From NCBI GenBank assembly GCA_965204745.1, contig OZ242010.1, positions 4,704,001 to 4,768,000 on the forward strand: a DNA stretch of 64,000 nucleotides, given 5' to 3'. The DNA is from Candidatus Latescibacterota bacterium (GTDB taxonomy: Bacteria; Latescibacterota; UBA2968). Of the stretch, positions 60,790 to 64,000 are shown piece after piece; position 1 is the stretch's first letter, and each line of letters starts with the position of its first letter. The position numbers and the translations under genes were made by a program. Under the pieces are notes generated by a model. It was given only the letters and a program-made list of their open reading frames with translations. It had not been told where the DNA came from and made no database searches.

Positions 60790-63700
60790 CTAATCGTCGG
60801 ATGTGTTCAAGTTCAAATCGAGTTGATGGCTATTCTCGCGCACCGCGCGGGTCGTGCTTTCGGAGAAGCCATCGGCCTTGTGGGCGCGGATGGTGATTTC
60901 GACCGTGATTTCGCCGCCATCGTCTCGCAGGTTGCGGATGATCTCATCGCTCAACATCCGGGCGTCGTCCAAAGAGATTTCGCCCTGCATGGTCTTGGTC
61001 GCGGTGATGCGCCTAGGGCCGCGTGGCGCAGATGGTTCAACGCCCTGTGGTTGTCGGATGTTGTACGGTTCGGCATCCTCCGGCGATGGTTCTGCCGGCG
61101 GGGTTTCTTCTTGAACGAGTTGCGCCATTTCCGGATTGACCAACAGGCCCGAGTCGCCTTCTGCCACGCCGGATGGGGAAGTCGCCATGTCAGTGCCAAA
61201 GCGCAGGTTGTGGTAGTCCTCGTTCTGGTACGCTTCGGCGTACCCAAAGTTGCGGGCCGGCACCCCGCGTTTGATGCAGTCCAACAAGATGGTCTTGTTT
61301 CGCAGGCGGTGCATGTACACGTAGCTCGTCATCATCTCCCAAAGGGCGTCGATGTGGATGTGGTCGTGGTACGCCTTATTTTGCCACACGTATTGCGCGA
61401 GCATACTCGCCAGCGATACCGGGGAGATGGCATCTACGAGGGCCTCTTGCGCGATGAATTTTTCAAACGCGCTGTTGGCGATCTCGCCCGTGTCCTCGGA
61501 CGCGGTTTGGAACGTGGAAAACCCATACTCGGCCCGTTGCGGATCGGCCTGCGTGGGCGCCATGGCCCAGCGATAGGCGCGCACCAGTGCGGTGTCCACC
61601 TCGCCTCGCGCTTGCTTCAAACTGCTGCGCGCCTGGTGCAAGCGGTCGCCCGCGAGATTTGCGATGCGCCGTTCCCCGTGGATGATGGAATCCCACGCCA
61701 GATACGTGCGCGCATTCGCCCGGAGACTGCGGAGGTCGTCATTTCTCGCGGTCAAGAACAGCAGGGTATTGCGGTGAACGCGCGGGGCCTGGCCGCGGTT
61801 TTGGAGAATGTCCTGCGCGACGGGCGTGGCCTCGTCCGTCTCTGCGGCTCGGCTCGGCAGGGACTGGCTCGGATGCAGGATGATGAGACGCACCCAATCG
61901 TCGTCTGGCACCGCAGCGGAACCCTCCGGACAGACGAGCACCTCCCGGCGTTGTCCGATATTCTCGCCCAACTCGCGCACGATGAACTCGGCGAGGGCGC
62001 GGTCGCTCAACTGCGCGGCGCGGTCCGTGGCGACTTTGTTCAGATTTTCCTCGGCGTGAAAGTAATAGCGGTCGTCGTCCGTGTACAAATAATACAGGTC
62101 GCCCACCATCCGTTGCAGCGCGTCATTGTACGCGGAAATCCCGTGCCCCGGTTGCACCACGCCCAAGTGGATGTGGCGGCGGTCGATGCCCTTGACCGCG
62201 CCGCTAGGCGCGCTGCCCAAGAAGATCGCGCGTGCCAAGCGACGGGCCGCGCCGCCCACCTCGGCAAAACGCTGCACCGTGGCGTCGATCCCATCGGCTT
62301 GGGAATGGTCGCTGTCCACCTCGGACAGCACGGGCCGCCATTGCCCCGGCAGCAGGCGGTCAAACTCATTGCCCAAAGAACTGTGGCGCAGCGGCATGGT
62401 GGCGGGCATGATCAAGGGGCCGGCGTCGTTTTGGCGGTACAAGTAGCTGATGCAATTCGCCATCATTCGCAACACCCCGCGCGTGCGTTGGAACTGCGGG
62501 ATGGACGACCAGTCCGCGTAGAGCCGGTCGAAAATTTCCGGGTGGATGGGATAGCAGTCCTTCAGCCGCTGCAAGTATCGGTCTTCGCCGACCCCGGCCG
62601 GATACTCCCCACGGTTCTGCCCGTACATGCGGGAAAAGGCTTGGCAAGTGCGGTCGCGCTCGGCCGCATCCAACTTGTCGCCGAACAGCCGGCGGCGCAC
62701 CACGGCGAACGCCTCGCTGATTTCCAAGGGCTCCCAAACCGCTTCGATGCGCCCGAAAATGTGCTCCAATCGCGCGAGTGCTTCTTGCCCGGCGTCGCCG
62801 CCCAATTCCATGTCGCTTTCCGGCAAGGTGATCACCAATACCACATCGGCCGCGCGGCTGACCGACTGGCTGAGGGCTTGCAAGAAAGTATAGAGGTTGC
62901 CCTCGCGCGTGCTCGGCACATTGCGGACGTACGCCACCAATTCGTCCATCAAAATGAGGGATGGGCCGACCGCGCGGAACAAATCGTCGAGTTGCGCGCC
63001 GCCCGGGGACGTGCCTTCGCGTGCGGCCCGCCCGATGATCTCATACGCCTCCTGCCCGCCCAACTGATACGCCATCTCGCCCCAAAGCGCGTTGCGCGGG
63101 TCCCCGCTTGGCGTGGTTCGCGTATCCGTGGGCGCGAGGTGCGTGCCATCCAAAACCGCGACCGCAGTTTGGGGAATGTCACGAGGAGTCAATCCCGCTT
63201 CTGCGATGAGGGCCGCGATTTCCCGGCTGCTTTGCGAGGTGTCGTTGAGCAAGGCGTCCGCGCTGTTGACCAAGTGGTACAGGGCGATGAGGCTGTGGGT
63301 CTTGCCCCCGCCGAACCCGGTCTTGGTCTGAATCACCGGGTCCCCGCCATTGCCGCTGAGCCGCTTGAGCGCGTTCACGAGCAAGGTGCGAATGCCGGGG
63401 GTGATGTACGTCTGCCGGAAGAAGTTGACCGGGTTGCCATACTCCGAGGCCAGGGCGCGCCCGTCATGCACTTGCTGGAGATCCGCGGCAAATTCGGCTT
63501 CTTGGAACGTGCCCAAAGCCACATCCGAACTCGGGGGCATGACGTCTCGCCAGGCCTTGAGGTCGATAGATGAGCGGGGCTTGCGCGCCGGCTTGGCGTT
63601 TTCGGACTCGGCGGGTGTTTCGCGCGGGGCGGCTTCGCTGACGAGCCGATCCCGGATGCCTTCCACTTCGCGCTTCGCGTCAGATGCGTTGATGCGCCCG

Positions 63701-64000
63701 AGCACGTCGGCAATGTCGTACAAGCGGCTCCGGGCGTATTCTGCGTCCATGTCCCGCGTGTTCGGATGCGCGACTTCGTTGCGGACAGTGACGATCATCC
63801 ACAACAAGCTCTGCACGGTTTTGTCCTCCTTGAACACCCGCCCAAAGACCGCGTGCCACTGCCTGCTGACCAAGTTGGGAAAGTCGTTAATGTCAATCGC
63901 GTCCTCAACGCTGTTGCCCTGCGCCAAGGTCTGGCGAAATTGCTCGGCCTGCCGGTCGTTCAGGGAATTGCTGATCACCTCTTCAACCCGCCTGCCCTTA
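60790..64000 (-). CDS. DUF499 ATPase with N-terminal Swt1-like HEPN domain (5' end outside the window)
   Basis: HEPN RNEVAH, EFAADL, TGFGGGKTH, LMDELV, YPIHPE, FQRTRGVLR. Confidence 0.92.
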   Translation of the reverse strand, partial: KGRRVEEVISNSLNDRQAEQFRQTLAQGNSVEDAIDINDFPNLVSRQWHAVFGRVFKEDKTVQSLLWMIVTVRNEVAHPNTRDMDAEYARSRLYDIADVLGRINASDAKREVEGIRDRLVSEAAPRETPAESENAKPARKPRSSIDLKAWRDVMPPSSDVALGTFQEAEFAADLQQVHDGRALASEYGNPVNFFRQTYITPGIRTLLVNALKRLSGNGGDPVIQTKTGFGGGKTHSLIALYHLVNSADALLNDTSQSSREIAALIAEAGLTPRDIPQTAVAVLDGTHLAPTDTRTTPSGDPRNALWGEMAYQLGGQEAYEIIGRAAREGTSPGGAQLDDLFRAVGPSLILMDELVAYVRNVPSTREGNLYTFLQALSQSVSRAADVVLVITLPESDMELGGDAGQEALARLEHIFGRIEAVWEPLEISEAFAVVRRRLFGDKLDAAERDRTCQAFSRMYGQNRGEYPAGVGEDRYLQRLKDCYPIHPEIFDRLYADWSSIPQFQRTRGVLRMMANCISYLYRQNDAGPLIMPATMPLRHSSLGNEFDRLLPGQWRPVLSEVDSDHSQADGIDATVQRFAEVGGAARRLARAIFLGSAPSGAVKGIDRRHIHLGVVQPGHGISAYNDALQRMVGDLYYLYTDDDRYYFHAEENLNKVATDRAAQLSDRALAEFIVRELGENIGQRREVLVCPEGSAAVPDDDWVRLIILHPSQSLPSRAAETDEATPVAQDILQNRGQAPRVHRNTLLFLTARNDDLRSLRANARTYLAWDSIIHGERRIANLAGDRLHQARSSLKQARGEVDTALVRAYRWAMAPTQADPQRAEYGFSTFQTASEDTGEIANSAFEKFIAQEALVDAISPVSLASMLAQYVWQNKAYHDHIHIDALWEMMTSYVYMHRLRNKTILLDCIKRGVPARNFGYAEAYQNEDYHNLRFGTDMATSPSGVAEGDSGLLVNPEMAQLVQEETPPAEPSPEDAEPYNIRQPQGVEPSAPRGPRRITATKTMQGEISLDDARMLSDEIIRNLRDDGGEITVEITIRAHKADGFSESTTRAVRENSHQLDLNLNTSDD

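Noticed and set aside
60823-63573. 916-aa plus-strand ORF
   Set aside because: Antisense shadow of the DUF499 gene in GC-rich DNA with no motifs. The same applies to 7358-8758, 43969-45114 and 50438-51793.

Overview
A GC-rich bacterial window. The backbone has three sulfatases, an aryl-sulfate sulfotransferase, PhyH, Gfo/Idh/MocA, SDR, a TonB receptor, coaD, lon, pyrE, tRNA-Glu(CTC) and tRNA-Arg(ACG). This gene mix and the dense short-repeat families resemble sponge-associated Latescibacterota/Gemmatimonadota/Poribacteria-type genomes (inference only). Three defence-like islands interrupt the backbone. (1) 26.1-32.6 kb: a decaying type I R-M locus with hsdS and a truncated hsdR but no hsdM, plus a Hachiman-like nuclease/helicase remnant, a zeta-like toxin pair and a Fic gene. 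(2) 36.9-43.8 kb: a four-gene cassette (PP-loop/PAPS-reductase-like protein, SF2 helicase, GHKL/MORC ATPase, PLD nuclease) with its own near-consensus promoter, bracketed by 128-bp direct repeats and followed by an internally deleted partial copy of itself. (3) 51.4-64 kb: a DUF499/DUF1156 locus with nested cargo. The most striking non-coding signal is at 57037-57543: three tandem promoter + ~65-nt structured RNA + terminator units with a covarying hairpin, head-to-head with an NYN (PIN-like) nuclease gene whose ATG overlaps the first -35 box. This is a candidate RNA-regulated nuclease system. All calls come from reading the sequence and recalling motifs; no database search was run.
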